A stretch of DNA of 61,460 nt, the filler included. It is 13 parts of 13 records of this genome, joined end to end, with 100 filler letters (N's around TTAATTAATTAA, not from the genome) between each part and the next. Parts side by side here need not be neighbours in the genome. Positions count along the whole stretch, not along the records: positions 1 to 4,397 come from SRR15195285_5689; positions 4,498 to 8,054 come from SRR15195285_5693; positions 8,155 to 14,979 come from SRR15195285_5698; 10 more parts are not named here. The stretch is one strand, 5' to 3'. The position numbers and the translations under genes were made by a program. Of the stretch, positions 1 to 11,400 are shown one piece after another; position 1 is the stretch's first letter, and every line of letters begins with the position of its first letter. The notes under the pieces are model-generated. The model had not been told where the DNA came from. It saw only the letters and a program-made list of their open reading frames with translations, and did no database searches.

Positions 1-2
1 TC

Positions 3-401
3 CGTGGTGCATACGTGCTTGCGCAGCAAGGCGGCACAAACGAGCGCAAGGCAACGGGCTCAAATGGAGGCAGCAGCGCAAGCTTTTCCCTCCGGCGGAG
101 AGACCCGCCGGTTCCAGCGTCACAAGTTCCAGGTGATGGCTGGGAGGCAGATGCCCTCAAGATCGGTTGCCAGGACTTCGTTGCATCGATGGAGACCGAC
201 ATCGCGGAGCAATTTTACCTCATGGTGGAAGGGAGAGAGACAGCGCTGAAGGAGAACAAGACGGTAGCCGCTGCGATGCAGGCGGCAGGAATGCCCCTGT
301 TTGAGCGGCTGTGTGACTCTCGGTGTGCGCAGCCAAAGTCCACATCGTCGAAGAAGAAGAACAAGAAGAAGAAGGGGCGAAAGGACAAGAGTGAATTTTA
401 A
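3..401 (+). CDS. 5'-truncated C-terminal fragment of a probable ER-lumen Canopy/DUF3456-like (saposin-like) protein
   Basis: Frame is open from the window start. LKIGCQDFV...LC..RC cysteine spacing, basic tail and terminal KSEF (KDEL-like). Confidence 0.4.
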   Translation, partial: RGAYVLAQQGGTNERKATGSNGGSSASFSLRRRDPPVPASQVPGDGWEADALKIGCQDFVASMETDIAEQFYLMVEGRETALKENKTVAAAMQAAGMPLFERLCDSRCAQPKSTSSKKKNKKKKGRKDKSEF

Positions 402-613
402 GGCAGGCGTTCTTGTTTCCCTTGGCTTCTGCAACAGCCCCCTCGAACCTAGCTTGAGTGTGACATTGCTAGATCGACGGTGCTTGGCACCACTGGGCTC
501 ACAGAGCAGTTCCCTCGGAGCCGTTATCTTAGCAATGCAATAGATTACATTTCTCTGAGTACCAGTACTCGCTCAAACTGTCACATTACAGAAAGATGGG
601 AGCTCGTCTCCTG

Positions 614-3600
614 TCAAGCTCCGGGGTCGCCTTCTGGCAGGGTTACCTCAGGCTGCGGCTCAGACTGAGACATTGAATTCGCTGCCAACTGTCGTTTCAA
701 CGCCGCGATTTCAGCCTGCGCAGCTGCGAGTTGTTCTTGGAGTTGCACCTTTTCCTGCTTAACTTCGTGGTTTGTGACCGATTTCACCGCCGTGAGACCT
801 TCTTTCAACGCAGCATTTTGCAGCCTTTGCTTTTCTTCGTGTTTCACTATCAATTTCACTGCCTTGAGGCCTTCCTTCAACCATGCTGGGATCGTGGACG
901 GATCATGCAGGCCCAAGACAGGCTGCTGCGTGGGCCAGTCCTGGACTAGCTTCGCTTCCGTCGGCAGCGAGAACTCAAGCTTGAGTGGCCTCGACTGTAG
1001 CATCTTGGACGCGGCTGTTTGCGTTGGAGGAACCGGCAAGTCATTGATGCGAGTAATCGTACAGCCAGGTTTGATCTGCGGAAATCTCGACGCGATCGTA
1101 ACTCCCTTGGTGGTTTCGTGCTCAATCCTTGTGATCGTCGGCCAACAATCAATACTTCTAGGTCTGAAGTTCAAAGACCCATCTTTGCCTGTAAACTTCA
1201 GACCTTCAGAGTCTTTGAATTTCAGGCCAAATTGCGGCCTACTCAGCTCTGTGATCGAACGATCCGCCAAACCCAACTCCAATTCATGGCCGAGGGCTAA
1301 CTCCTCCCAGTCTGAGCACTTGAATTGACCGACAATCAGCGAGAACGAACCACGTGTCACACGCTCGTAGCGCCATCCATCGTGTTCTTTGTAGACGGCA
1401 TCCTTGTGTTCTGCACACTCGAGCGAGTACATGCCACGATTCCAATGCCTGACACTCTCATGGTTGCGGTCAGAAATCGACCATTGATGACGATATTTCT
1501 GTGTCGTTGTCCCCAATGGATCTTTCTGCTTGAGCTGGTCGGACTCTTTCTCCTTGCTCCCCCGTTGCAACCGCATTTGCTTCCTTAAACCGTCAATTTG
1601 ATGGCGCAACCACTTCCCCACCTCTTTCGCTGACGGCCGTTCGGCTGGGTCGGGGTGAAGACACTTGCGAACCATATCGGCACACTCTGTTGATATGTCG
1701 ACTGGTACCTTCGGACGCAAGTGTTTTATGCAAACCATGTTTGACACTCGGGCCGATTGTTCATCGCGAGTGCCCGATATCCAGTGCCATGCCGTTCGCC
1801 TCGTCAGTACTTCCCACATCACAATGCCAAAGGAATACATGTCAGCTTCCAAACCAATGTTGGAGCCATCCCACAGCTCTGGTGCGGCAACTTCAGCAGT
1901 CACGTGTGGATCATCCCGAGCAGTTGCTCCAAATGGATACGCCGGTGCCGGTCCCATGCTGAGTGCATTCACCCCAATCACTCTGTGCTTGCCTGATGAC
2001 TCATCGTCTATCTTTAGATAGATGAATCCACCGTAAGATGCAAGAGAAATCTCGCCCGAGTACATCTGCAGTTGCTGGAGTTGCTGAGGGGTCAAGTCCT
2101 CAGTAGTCCATGGTGGAAGCTGGTACGCAAACACCACGTGTGTCGCCTGCAGGTTGCCTCTATGCTGACCTGTAGCCTCATCTTTCAACGCCCGAGTAGG
2201 AACGCGCATGCGCAGGCGGCTGATATCGGTCATTGCACCAATAGGATATGGCTTGGAGATGTGCCCCGTAACACCTTCCGGGTAAAGTGCATGTAGACAG
2301 TCGACTTGTGGACTCCATCGCGACCGAGTTTCCTTCTGTTGACGGATCGTGTACTTCGAATTGGCCAGGTCTAGACAGATGTGCTCCGTGATTGGCGAGA
2401 GTTTGTTCAACTCTTCTGCTGATACTACATTGAAAGGGCGTAGTTCCGTTGGGAACGTTGAGTCGCCTTGCGACGATGACGAGGGCATCGAACTAAGCGT
2501 GGCAGCAAAGACAATTTTGCGACCATCCAGGGCACTCGGGTCTTTGCCGAAGGAATACACTAGAGCACCGTGTCGAAACACCGGGTTGTTGCAAGTCATT
2601 GCTGCCTCGATCACGTCGTCTCGGTATTCGCTGATCGTTGTCACGCCAAGCTGCGCGGCCCTTGCCTTCAAAGCTTCCCATTCCAGGCTCTCTAGCTCCT
2701 CACGCAGTCGTCGTTGCGCTTCCGCGGAGACGTCGGGAGGGACGCCAGCAACTATGTCTGCCGTCTCACCTGGATGAACCCAGCAGTAATACTGTGCTCC
2801 CTGTTTCAAAAGAGATTTCGACGTGACTGGCTTGAAGCGGCCCGGTTCGACTTGAGTGGGCCACGGCTCTGCTGGACGAAATGCGAGCACAGGGGTTCGA
2901 ACGATCTTGGCTTCGCCGAAGTCGCAGATCTTCCATCTGCCTGCGTGGTGGCAACGCTCACACTCGCCCGGCTCTCCGTCGAGAAGCACGTTGAGGCACT
3001 TAATGTCTCTGTGAAGTACACTCATATCATGCAGCTTCTGCAGGCCCCGTGATATGTGGTCGAGTATCGTGTATTTCCGAAGGTCGACATCGTCCGGCTT
3101 CAGCCTTTCATCGTGGAAATGCTCCCAGCGATCGTGCTCGTCCAGGAAAGCGCGCAAGCTCATAGTGCAGCGCTCGGTGACGATGCTGCGTGTGACCACG
3201 CCACCATGCACCTTTTCTTCTAGAATCCCGTAGCATGCGACGAGATGTGGGTGGTGCATGTCCTGGAAGAGCTCAATTTCCCTGTGCGAAGAGAACAAGG
3301 AAGCAGCTTCAGCTTTCAGTCAGCATAATTATGTGCGTCTGCTAGTTTGCTATACTTACTGCTTGATGTCCTCTGCTGAACCGAGCGCGACTTTGATCGC
3401 TACCTTTTCGGATCCTTTCCACTGGGCGCGCAGCACCTTGCCGTGCTGTCCCTGCCCACGGTTTCTGCCCTCCTGGTCGACGTGCGACCGAAGTTCTGCC
3501 GATCCGCACGAAGAAGGCACCGTCGGTGTGTCCGAGATAAAGCTGCCCACCCGACCCAGTTCCTCATCGTCCTCCGGCTCCGGTTCGACAAAGATGCTGC

Positions 3601-4129
3601 TGTCAAAAAGTGAGCCGGCTCGTCGCTGCTCGTCCCGCTTGGCCTCCTCCTCCTGCGCCTTTGCGCTCTCCTTGGATGTAGTGCCCTGAAGCTTCTGCGC
3701 TGCAGAAACTGCGCGAGCGTTCTTGAGCTTGAGGCGCTCGCCCTCGTCGAGCTGATCCCAGGTTTTGTCGTGCACGTAACAGTCGTGCCAATCGCAATCA
3801 GGCCCGTACATTTGCTGGTCGTCCCACGTCGCCGTCAAATCCTCTGGGTGGATCTCGCTGGTAACGGACCGCTGGTTTGCTGCCAGATTTCGCAGCTTCA
3901 TCTGCTCTTTGACCTTCTCGTCCGTCTGCGGTGCCGCTCGAGTGGAAGTGAACGACAGCTCCGCGCCGCCGCCGTGCGGCGTTGCCGGGCTGGAGCGTTG
4001 GGTAGGGAGCGGAGATGTTGTGGCGCGTACTGGCGTCTGCGGCGCCGGTAAAACAGGCAGGTCCGCGCAACTCTCGCATGATGAGCAGCGCTCGCACAGC
4101 TGGCTGCTCCCACCTCGCATTGGCAGCAT
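614..4129 (-). CDS. TKL-like protein kinase with a very large activation-segment insert, C-terminal PDZ-like domain and coiled coil; one intron (3282-3359)
   Basis: Motifs GQGQHG, VAIK, HRDIKCLN, DFG, APE, DMYSFGIVMWE, PDPAERP. A 78-nt GTAAGT...CACAG intron joins ORFs 3356-4285 and 614-3298 in frame. Start ATG at 4129 is inferred. Confidence 0.85.
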
Positions 4130-4397
4130 CGCCGCACGCTGTCTGATCGCACCACGCGACGCCAGTCGGTTGGGGCGCCCTCGATCGAAGGCGAATCCGC
4201 GGGGTCGCCGCGCGCGGGCGCGCGCGCGCGTTTTGGTGACCCGCCATCGTGATTTACTCAAGGCAACAGGCATTCCGGAAATCAACAGGATTGAGTAAAT
4301 TCCCCGGGGTCTGTTTCCGAAGTCCGGGAATCTTCGGGGAATTCTCTTCGGGAAACAGCCGAACAGAGACAGTCCCTTGGCGACAGCACTGCATCGG

Positions 4398-4497
4398 NNN
4401 NNNNNNNNNNNNNNNNNNNNNNNNNNNNNNNNNNNNNNNNNTTAATTAATTAANNNNNNNNNNNNNNNNNNNNNNNNNNNNNNNNNNNNNNNNNNNN
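4398..4497. other. Artificial contig linker
   Basis: N44-TTAATTAATTAA-N44. Confidence 0.99.
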
Positions 4498-4498
4498 T

Positions 4499-7400
4499 TC
4501 CGAAGACTGCTGCTCTGCACACGTTATAGCGCAGTGTGGGAACATACGAGGGTGCTGCGCCCAAAACTCCGACTGCCCTCGCGATCTGTACTGTACGGGT
4601 TCAGGATTTTGTCGATCGTGCTCAGACATGTCATCAACCAGTTCAAACACATGTAATGCTATGGGAGGGGATTGTTGTGATGCCAGCTTCGTCCAGCAAT
4701 GCGGACAGATTCGACAGTGTTGTAGGACTGACTCTGATTGCCCCATTGGTCAGTACTGTGGCAACGGAACCTACCATAGCATTCCTGCCAACCAAACGAC
4801 GTGTATAAGCTGCAGCCGCGTGTCTTCTCGTTCCTGTGGCGCTCTGAATGGATGCTGTGGCCCCAGTTTCGAGACACAATGCGGCCAAAACCTGAAGTGT
4901 TGCAGTACACATAGAGATTGTCCCCTTGGTCTCTTCTGTGGCCGTCGGAACTACTATAACAACATCGGTAGTTACTGTCAGAACTGCAGTGATGTTAGTC
5001 GGGGAAATTGTGGCAGTGCTGCAGTCGATGGTGCAGCAGGCTGTTGCGGCTCGAAGTTCATTGGTCAGTGTGGGAATCGCGACGAGTGCTGCGCAAGTCA
5101 TGAAGACTGCCCACAGGGCAAATACTGTGACCGATCCGGTCATTGCTATTCCTGTGGATATTTTTACCCCACACGTTCCTGTGATGCCATAGACAATGAC
5201 TGCTGCAGCTCCAGATTCAACGCGCAATGTGCGCCGGCATCTGGATTTGATTACACGTGCTGCACGAAGGATTCTGAATGCAAGGTTGGTCAATACTGTG
5301 GAACGACGTACGGTGGAAGCAATCAGTCAACGTGCCAGAACTGCCCCCAGCTAGACGTCTCATGGAAATGCAATGCCAAGAATGGCTGTTGTACCACAGA
5401 ATTTGAAGCCCAGTGTGGGCCGTCAGTCCGATGTTGCAGCACGCACACACATTGTCTCGAAGGTGACTTCTGTGGACGAAACGGCTTTTGCTTTTCGTGT
5501 GATTTGAACAAGCGACATCAATGCCTAGCTGTAGACGGAGAAGATGCTTGCTGTGGGCACGACTTCATAGCCCAATGCGGAAATCTGGCACATTGCTGTG
5601 ACCGACACTCGGATTGCGATACAGGGCAATTTTGCAGCAGAGGAGGCTGCGCAGCTTGCAGTGATATACGGACGCATTGGCGCAATCCAACTCATCCCCT
5701 GATTGCACCGTACGGCAAAGAGTGCGCAGACTCCACGTTTATCTACGATCCTCTCGATCGACCTTATGATGGCGATTGCTGCAGTACCGAATTCATTGCG
5801 CAATGTCCGCAAGATCCGATGAATTGCGCCGCAACACAAGTATGCGACTCGCACGAAGCTTGTCCCAAGGACATGTTCTGTGACCAGATCCATAATTGCA
5901 CAGCGTGTGTGGACAGCTGTGAGACTCACGATTTATACCCGTTTGACGGGAACTGCTGCAACTTGGATCTCGTGCGGAAGTGCAAAAAGGTTGATGGATG
6001 CGATTGCTTTTCTCATAAGGACTGCGATGATGGAGAGTTCTGCAACATGCTTCACAACTGCACAGCTTGCGCAAGCGCTACTCATGGGGCATCTTGCAAA
6101 TTTGGGTCAGCCATAAGCCGTCGTGATGACAATTGTCCTTTTGATGGGGACACATGTCAATCAAGCTTTCTTACGAGATGCCCTGGACAGAACGGATGCA
6201 ACGAAGGTCATTCGTACGGACAAGACGAACCGGGTATGCGTACTTCGACTCCCATTGTTGGCGCGCAGTCGATTGAAGGGATATGCATGCCGCTGGTGTA
6301 CGTTGGAATGGCCGGTGTAGTAAATCACACCAATATTCGACCTGTCAACTTCAAAGGCACGTGGGAACAAGCAGCTAGAGCAGACGTTTTAACCCACTAC
6401 TTCGTTGCACTAAACGCCCATACTGGGGAGCTTGTTTGGGCATATTTTCCAAACTGTGGAACCATTGAAGGTGGGGGGAGCTTTGGACCAGATGGTACCA
6501 TCATTCTGCACCCATGGGGATGCGACGTAATAGCCATAGACGCGAAGACAGGCACTGAGCGTTGGCGCTATGCACAGAAACATGTGTCCGGAATCGGATA
6601 CGGAATGTTTGACAATGGCCTCGCCTGGATTAATGAGCGCAATCCTGGGCTGTTGGTCACAGACAACGGTCTAGTTGTTTTTCACAACGTAGAAAGTGCG
6701 AACATAAGCAAAATAGCAGGTGGTACGCACTTGTTGGCTCTAAATGGATCCACTGGAAGTGTTGTCTGGAAATCACAAGGGACAGCCAGCTGTGATGTGC
6801 GTCACTACTGGCATTGTGCCAACACACTTTCCTGCGGCGATGGGAAAATCTTTGTGCCCAACTATGAAGGGACGACCATCGCTGCTTTAGATGAGCTCAC
6901 TGGTGCCCCATTGTGGCAACAGAACCTGATCAGCGGTGAACGGTGGTTCTCAAGGCAATGTTCCACGATTGCTCCACAATTCAACCACGTGGAACATACT
7001 GTGTTGGTTCGAACCTGTGATGCTGTGCACGTACTCGATGTGTTTGATGGCCAGGTGATGCAATTTCAAGACTTCCCTGGCTGCTCTGGTTTTTCGCCAG
7101 GGGCAAATGATGGAGATGGGTATTACTACTTCCTTTGTGACTCTGTAAACTCGCTCTCTGCGCAGAATGCAGCCCGCCATATCGGGCACAAACCAGTCGA
7201 AAACTCGTACGTAAACAAATACGATGTTGTGGACGATAACATGGTGTGGTTCAAGAGGGGTTTTAACGGAGAGAGTTACCACGACCCGTTTAAGGTGTCC
7301 AGCTTCGCAGGGGGTGCGACAGCGCTAACGCTAGCTGAAGGCAGCAGCACACTACTGTTAGGGTCCAACGAGGGGATCTTGCTCGCGCTAGACTCTCTGA

Positions 7401-7531
7401 CAGGCGAGCAGCGTTGGAACGTGACGCTGCGGTCTGGTGCTAGACGCTGGGGATGGGGAACACCCTCGCCAGTCGTTGCCAACGGCCGAATCTACATCTT
7501 CGACGGGGAAACACTGTTCTGCTTCCACTGA
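4499..7531 (+). CDS. 5'-truncated protein with at least 9 Cys-rich repeats followed by a PQQ/BamB-like beta-propeller
   Basis: Frame is open from the contig start. Repeats CC-x4-DC-x2-G-x-[YF]C...CC-x3-F-x2-QC. Propeller blades ALNAHTGELVW, AIDAKTGTERW, ALNGSTGSVVW, ALDELTGAPLW, ALDSLTGEQRW, SPVVANGRIY. Confidence 0.85.
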   Translation, partial: SEDCCSAHVIAQCGNIRGCCAQNSDCPRDLYCTGSGFCRSCSDMSSTSSNTCNAMGGDCCDASFVQQCGQIRQCCRTDSDCPIGQYCGNGTYHSIPANQTTCISCSRVSSRSCGALNGCCGPSFETQCGQNLKCCSTHRDCPLGLFCGRRNYYNNIGSYCQNCSDVSRGNCGSAAVDGAAGCCGSKFIGQCGNRDECCASHEDCPQGKYCDRSGHCYSCGYFYPTRSCDAIDNDCCSSRFNAQCAPASGFDYTCCTKDSECKVGQYCGTTYGGSNQSTCQNCPQLDVSWKCNAKNGCCTTEFEAQCGPSVRCCSTHTHCLEGDFCGRNGFCFSCDLNKRHQCLAVDGEDACCGHDFIAQCGNLAHCCDRHSDCDTGQFCSRGGCAACSDIRTHWRNPTHPLIAPYGKECADSTFIYDPLDRPYDGDCCSTEFIAQCPQDPMNCAATQVCDSHEACPKDMFCDQIHNCTACVDSCETHDLYPFDGNCCNLDLVRKCKKVDGCDCFSHKDCDDGEFCNMLHNCTACASATHGASCKFGSAISRRDDNCPFDGDTCQSSFLTRCPGQNGCNEGHSYGQDEPGMRTSTPIVGAQSIEGICMPLVYVGMAGVVNHTNIRPVNFKGTWEQAARADVLTHYFVALNAHTGELVWAYFPNCGTIEGGGSFGPDGTIILHPWGCDVIAIDAKTGTERWRYAQKHVSGIGYGMFDNGLAWINERNPGLLVTDNGLVVFHNVESANISKIAGGTHLLALNGSTGSVVWKSQGTASCDVRHYWHCANTLSCGDGKIFVPNYEGTTIAALDELTGAPLWQQNLISGERWFSRQCSTIAPQFNHVEHTVLVRTCDAVHVLDVFDGQVMQFQDFPGCSGFSPGANDGDGYYYFLCDSVNSLSAQNAARHIGHKPVENSYVNKYDVVDDNMVWFKRGFNGESYHDPFKVSSFAGGATALTLAEGSSTLLLGSNEGILLALDSLTGEQRWNVTLRSGARRWGWGTPSPVVANGRIYIFDGETLFCFH

Positions 7532-7651
7532 ATTGAGAGGCCTAAAAATATCTCCTATTGATGGGCCCTCAAACAGCGTGTGGTGATCACTGAAGCAATA
7601 CGCGTGTCATTTTACTTCCGTTTTCAATCAAACGTGATACACTCGAGCTTG

Positions 7652-7927
7652 TTACTCAGCGCCACCAATCATGGGCACCGAGTGTAGAGGTCGGTCTCTG
7701 CTTGATATGAGACTGCGCCTGGCGTCCAGAGACTTCGCACCACCTAATGCAGTCAGCTGTAGCGCTTTGCTGACCAGCCCCCAGAGTATTGAAGAAAGCG
7801 AAAAAACCAAGCTGATAATAGCCATCGCCTTACCAGAAATGGGGAGACCAGCTGTATCTTCGTGGCATGGTTCACCTCTGTCAACTTCGGACAAGTAAAG
7901 CAACGCCATGCTGATGAATGCATGCGG
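7652..7927 (-). CDS. Last exon of a truncated membrane protein
   Basis: AG acceptor at 7928-7929, then two hydrophobic segments (FISMALLYL; AIISLVFSLSSILWGL) and a stop. The upstream intron runs into a (GGGA)n tract at the contig end. Confidence 0.5.
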   Translation of the reverse strand, partial: PHAFISMALLYLSEVDRGEPCHEDTAGLPISGKAMAIISLVFSLSSILWGLVSKALQLTALGGAKSLDARRSLISSRDRPLHSVPMIGGAE

Positions 7928-8054
7928 CTGTCGACGCACCAATTGCAAGCACCCGCGCGAAAGCAGTGCCAGATGTCAGACCCATCGAGACAGAGACAGA
8001 TGGGCGTGCGTGGGAGAGGGAGAAAGGGAGGGAGGGAGGGAGGGAGGGAGGGAG

Positions 8055-8154
8055 NNNNNNNNNNNNNNNNNNNNNNNNNNNNNNNNNNNNNNNNNNNNTT
8101 AATTAATTAANNNNNNNNNNNNNNNNNNNNNNNNNNNNNNNNNNNNNNNNNNNN
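8055..8154. other. Artificial contig linker
   Basis: N44-TTAATTAATTAA-N44. Confidence 0.99.
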
Positions 8155-8404
8155 GGCGTTGTGGGTGCCCCAGCTGGAGTGGGCGGCTGGCTGCGGAAGG
8201 GAGGATGCCGGGCTGAGCGCGGGACGGACATACTACTAGCATGCCTCGAGGAGTCTGAACGGACGGTGCTGCGGCTGGTACTGAGGCGGTCGGACGAGGG
8301 GGGTGCGTGCTGAGGGGTGGTAGGGGTGATGGTGTAGGCCATGGGGTAGTGGGCGCTTCGCTGCGAGAGGCCAAGTGTCGTCGGCTGAACGGGCGAGGGG
8401 CACC

Positions 8405-11400
8405 ATGGGGAAATCCAAGAAGAAGCAGAAGGCGGAGGAGGAGGCGGCCGCCGCGGCGGCGGCCGAGGCCGAGGCTGAGGCGGCGGCGAAAGCGGCGGCC
8501 GAGGCCGCGGAGATGGAGAGGATGAGGGCCGAGCAAGAGGTCGCCAGGCTGGAGCAAGAGCGCGTGGTCGCAGAGAACGAGCGGCTGATGCAGCAGGACC
8601 GACAGGAGAAAGAGGCGCTCGCGAGGAAGCTGCAGGCGGTCCACCGCGGCCGGGCGGCGCGCAGGGCGGCCAAGGTGGAGGCTGACGAGCGGCACGCGGA
8701 CTGCGAGGTCCGGCAGAAGGTCCATAAGAAGTCGACGGAGATGGGCGGGAACGACGGTCTCGACCTGTTTGATGCGAAAAAGAGGGACAAAGACTACAGT
8801 TCGGCGGATGACAACGTGGTCGCCGACCGCTCGTTGTACTGCCTAGGCGAAGAGAGTGGCATTCGGCACACGTTCAACGAGATCCTGGATCACAAGGTGA
8901 CCTCGGCCTGCCTCATGTGCTGCATCTTGCTCAATGTCGTCATCCTCGCAATCGAAACTCCTACGAACACGTTCGACGACGACACGCGGGCCACGTTGGC
9001 CGTTCTCGACCTCCTCCTATCCATCATTTTCTCAGGTAAGCATGATGCTGCCATGCCGACGCCCGCCTGTGCCCAGCGCTGACCCGCGCCGCTGCTGGCT
9101 TCCGTAGTTGAGATGGTGATGCGCATCGTCGCGCTTGGCTTGGTCATGCACCCAACTGCGTATCTCCGCACAAGCTGGAACGTGATGGACTTTGTGGTGG
9201 TCACTAGCATCTGGATTGGATGGGCCACGCAGACGGCAGGTGGTCACGAAGCGGAGGAGGGCAACATTAGCTACTTGCGGACGGCCAGGGCCTTGCGGCC
9301 TCTGCGCGCGATGCGGATGTTCGGGAGCATCAAGAAGATCATGTCGTCGATGTACCAGGCCAAGGCAATGATTCTAAACGTGACAGTTCTCATCCTCTTC
9401 TTTTTCGTGGCCTTCGCTGCCTTCGGGCTGTCGCTCTACCACGGCGCGACAACGCGCTCGTGTCTCGATGCGAACACCACTGTCTCGATCGCGAACAGCC
9501 TGCCGGACACGATCAACCTCACGCTCGGAGAAGACTACGTAAATTGCCCCACTACCTTGCAGTGCGATGGCACCGAGCCTGGGCTGTGTGAGGTAGTGCA
9601 ATACGAATATACGGGCGACTTGCCAGATGAGATTCACGACTGGGGGTATGACAACTCGCGCAATGCGCTCATGACCATCTTCATTGCGACAACGCTGGAT
9701 GAATGGCCACAGCTGGCTGACCCAATTCGCGAAGCGCCACTGATGGCACGCTGGACCGTGTGGGGTTTCTATGCTTTGGTTGTGCTAGTGTGCGGCATGC
9801 TCGGCACCAACCTTTTCGTCGCGGTCATCACCTTCGCGTTTGCAAATGTAGCCGAGACCGAAGATGGCACGAGCGCGTTTGCGAAGGGGCAGCAATACAA
9901 TACAACCGTGGAAGATGAGACGGAGGAGAGCACAGCTAACCCCACGTTTGACTTAGAGGATGGCCAGGATTCTACGAACGCCATGTTTGACTCGGAAGCA
10001 TCAGCCCCCAAGAAATCGAAGCCCGGCGTGCCTGCGTTCCGAACGATCGTGGAACACAGCTACTTCGAGGGGTTCATCCTTACAATCGTGGTGCTCAACA
10101 CTGCTGCACTCGCGAGCGAGCACTACGATCCAGAGCATCATGACAGTGGTGGTATGTCACAGGAATTCACGGACAACCTGCACATGGTGGAGACGGTTTT
10201 CAACGTGATTTACGTCATCGAACTGATCATGAAGCAGATTGGGTTGGGGCCGAAGGAGTACTTCAGCAGCGGGTTCAACATACTTGATTTTACGCTCGTA
10301 GCCACGACATTGCTGAGTTATGCGGTGAAGGACCTGAAAGGATTCGGCGCTGGCCGCATGTTCCGTATCCTGCGTCTGTTTCGGGCAGCCCGTCTGGTCA
10401 GGTTGATGAGAAAATACTACGCAGTCCGCAAACTGCTGAGCACAGTGACCAAGTCGTGGGAAGCATTGCTGAATGTGATGTTTTTCATCGCTGTCTGGCT
10501 CGTTATCTTCGCTGTGATGGGGATTCATCTCTATGGGCATGAAAACGAGGTATTTGCAGCGGATGGCATTCCCCGCGACAACTTCCAGAACTTTCCACGC
10601 TCACTGCTGACTTGCTACATTGTCCTCACCGGCGAAGACTGGAGTCCGTTGATGTACGGCTTTATCCGGGCGTATGGGTGGAACGCTGCCATCTACTTCG
10701 TGTTCATGTTCCTCATGACTAACTTTGTGCTGGCAAACCTGTTCGTCGCCGTTATTCTGGAGAATTTCAGCACAGATGAGGACATGAAGCTTGAGATTCA
10801 AAAGCGCAAGTACGAGGCGGACCAAAAGCGCAGGATGAAAATCGGTGCTCCGCTCACATTTGAAGAACAGCCTGATGATACCCCGTTCATCCAAGACCTG
10901 CTTTGCCCTCAGCAAGACTTGCACTACTGTCCAGACCACTGCTTTCTCAGACAGTGGTGTTCGACGGTCGTTGAGGACGAACGTTTTGACAAGTTCATCA
11001 TTGCGATAATTCTCTTGTCAAGTCTGTGCCTCGGCATCGAAGGTCCACCAGACGCCGAGTACTTGCGGGACTATGAGAACGTGCGGACTGCATTAGAAAT
11101 TTTGGATGTGTCCTTCTTCTTCATCTTCTGGTTTGAGTGTCTGTGCAAAATTATCGCGCACGGCTTCCTGTTAACTCGTGGAGCCTACTTAACCGACGGT
11201 TGGAATCAACTGGATTTCAGCATCGTCGTGCTTACCACCGTTGACTTCATCTTGCGGTATTGCGAGAGTTGTACAGGCGATTACACATGGGTCAAGGTGT
11301 TCCGTGTCGCCCGGGTGATGCGCCCGCTGCGTGTTGCAACGAAATTCGAAAACATCAAGGTCATCGTGGATGCACTCCTTTCGGCAATGACGGGCGTGTT

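Noticed and set aside
1915-2890. Intein in the kinase insert
   Set aside because: No Cys/Ser start with a His-Asn end, and no LAGLIDADG or HINT motifs.
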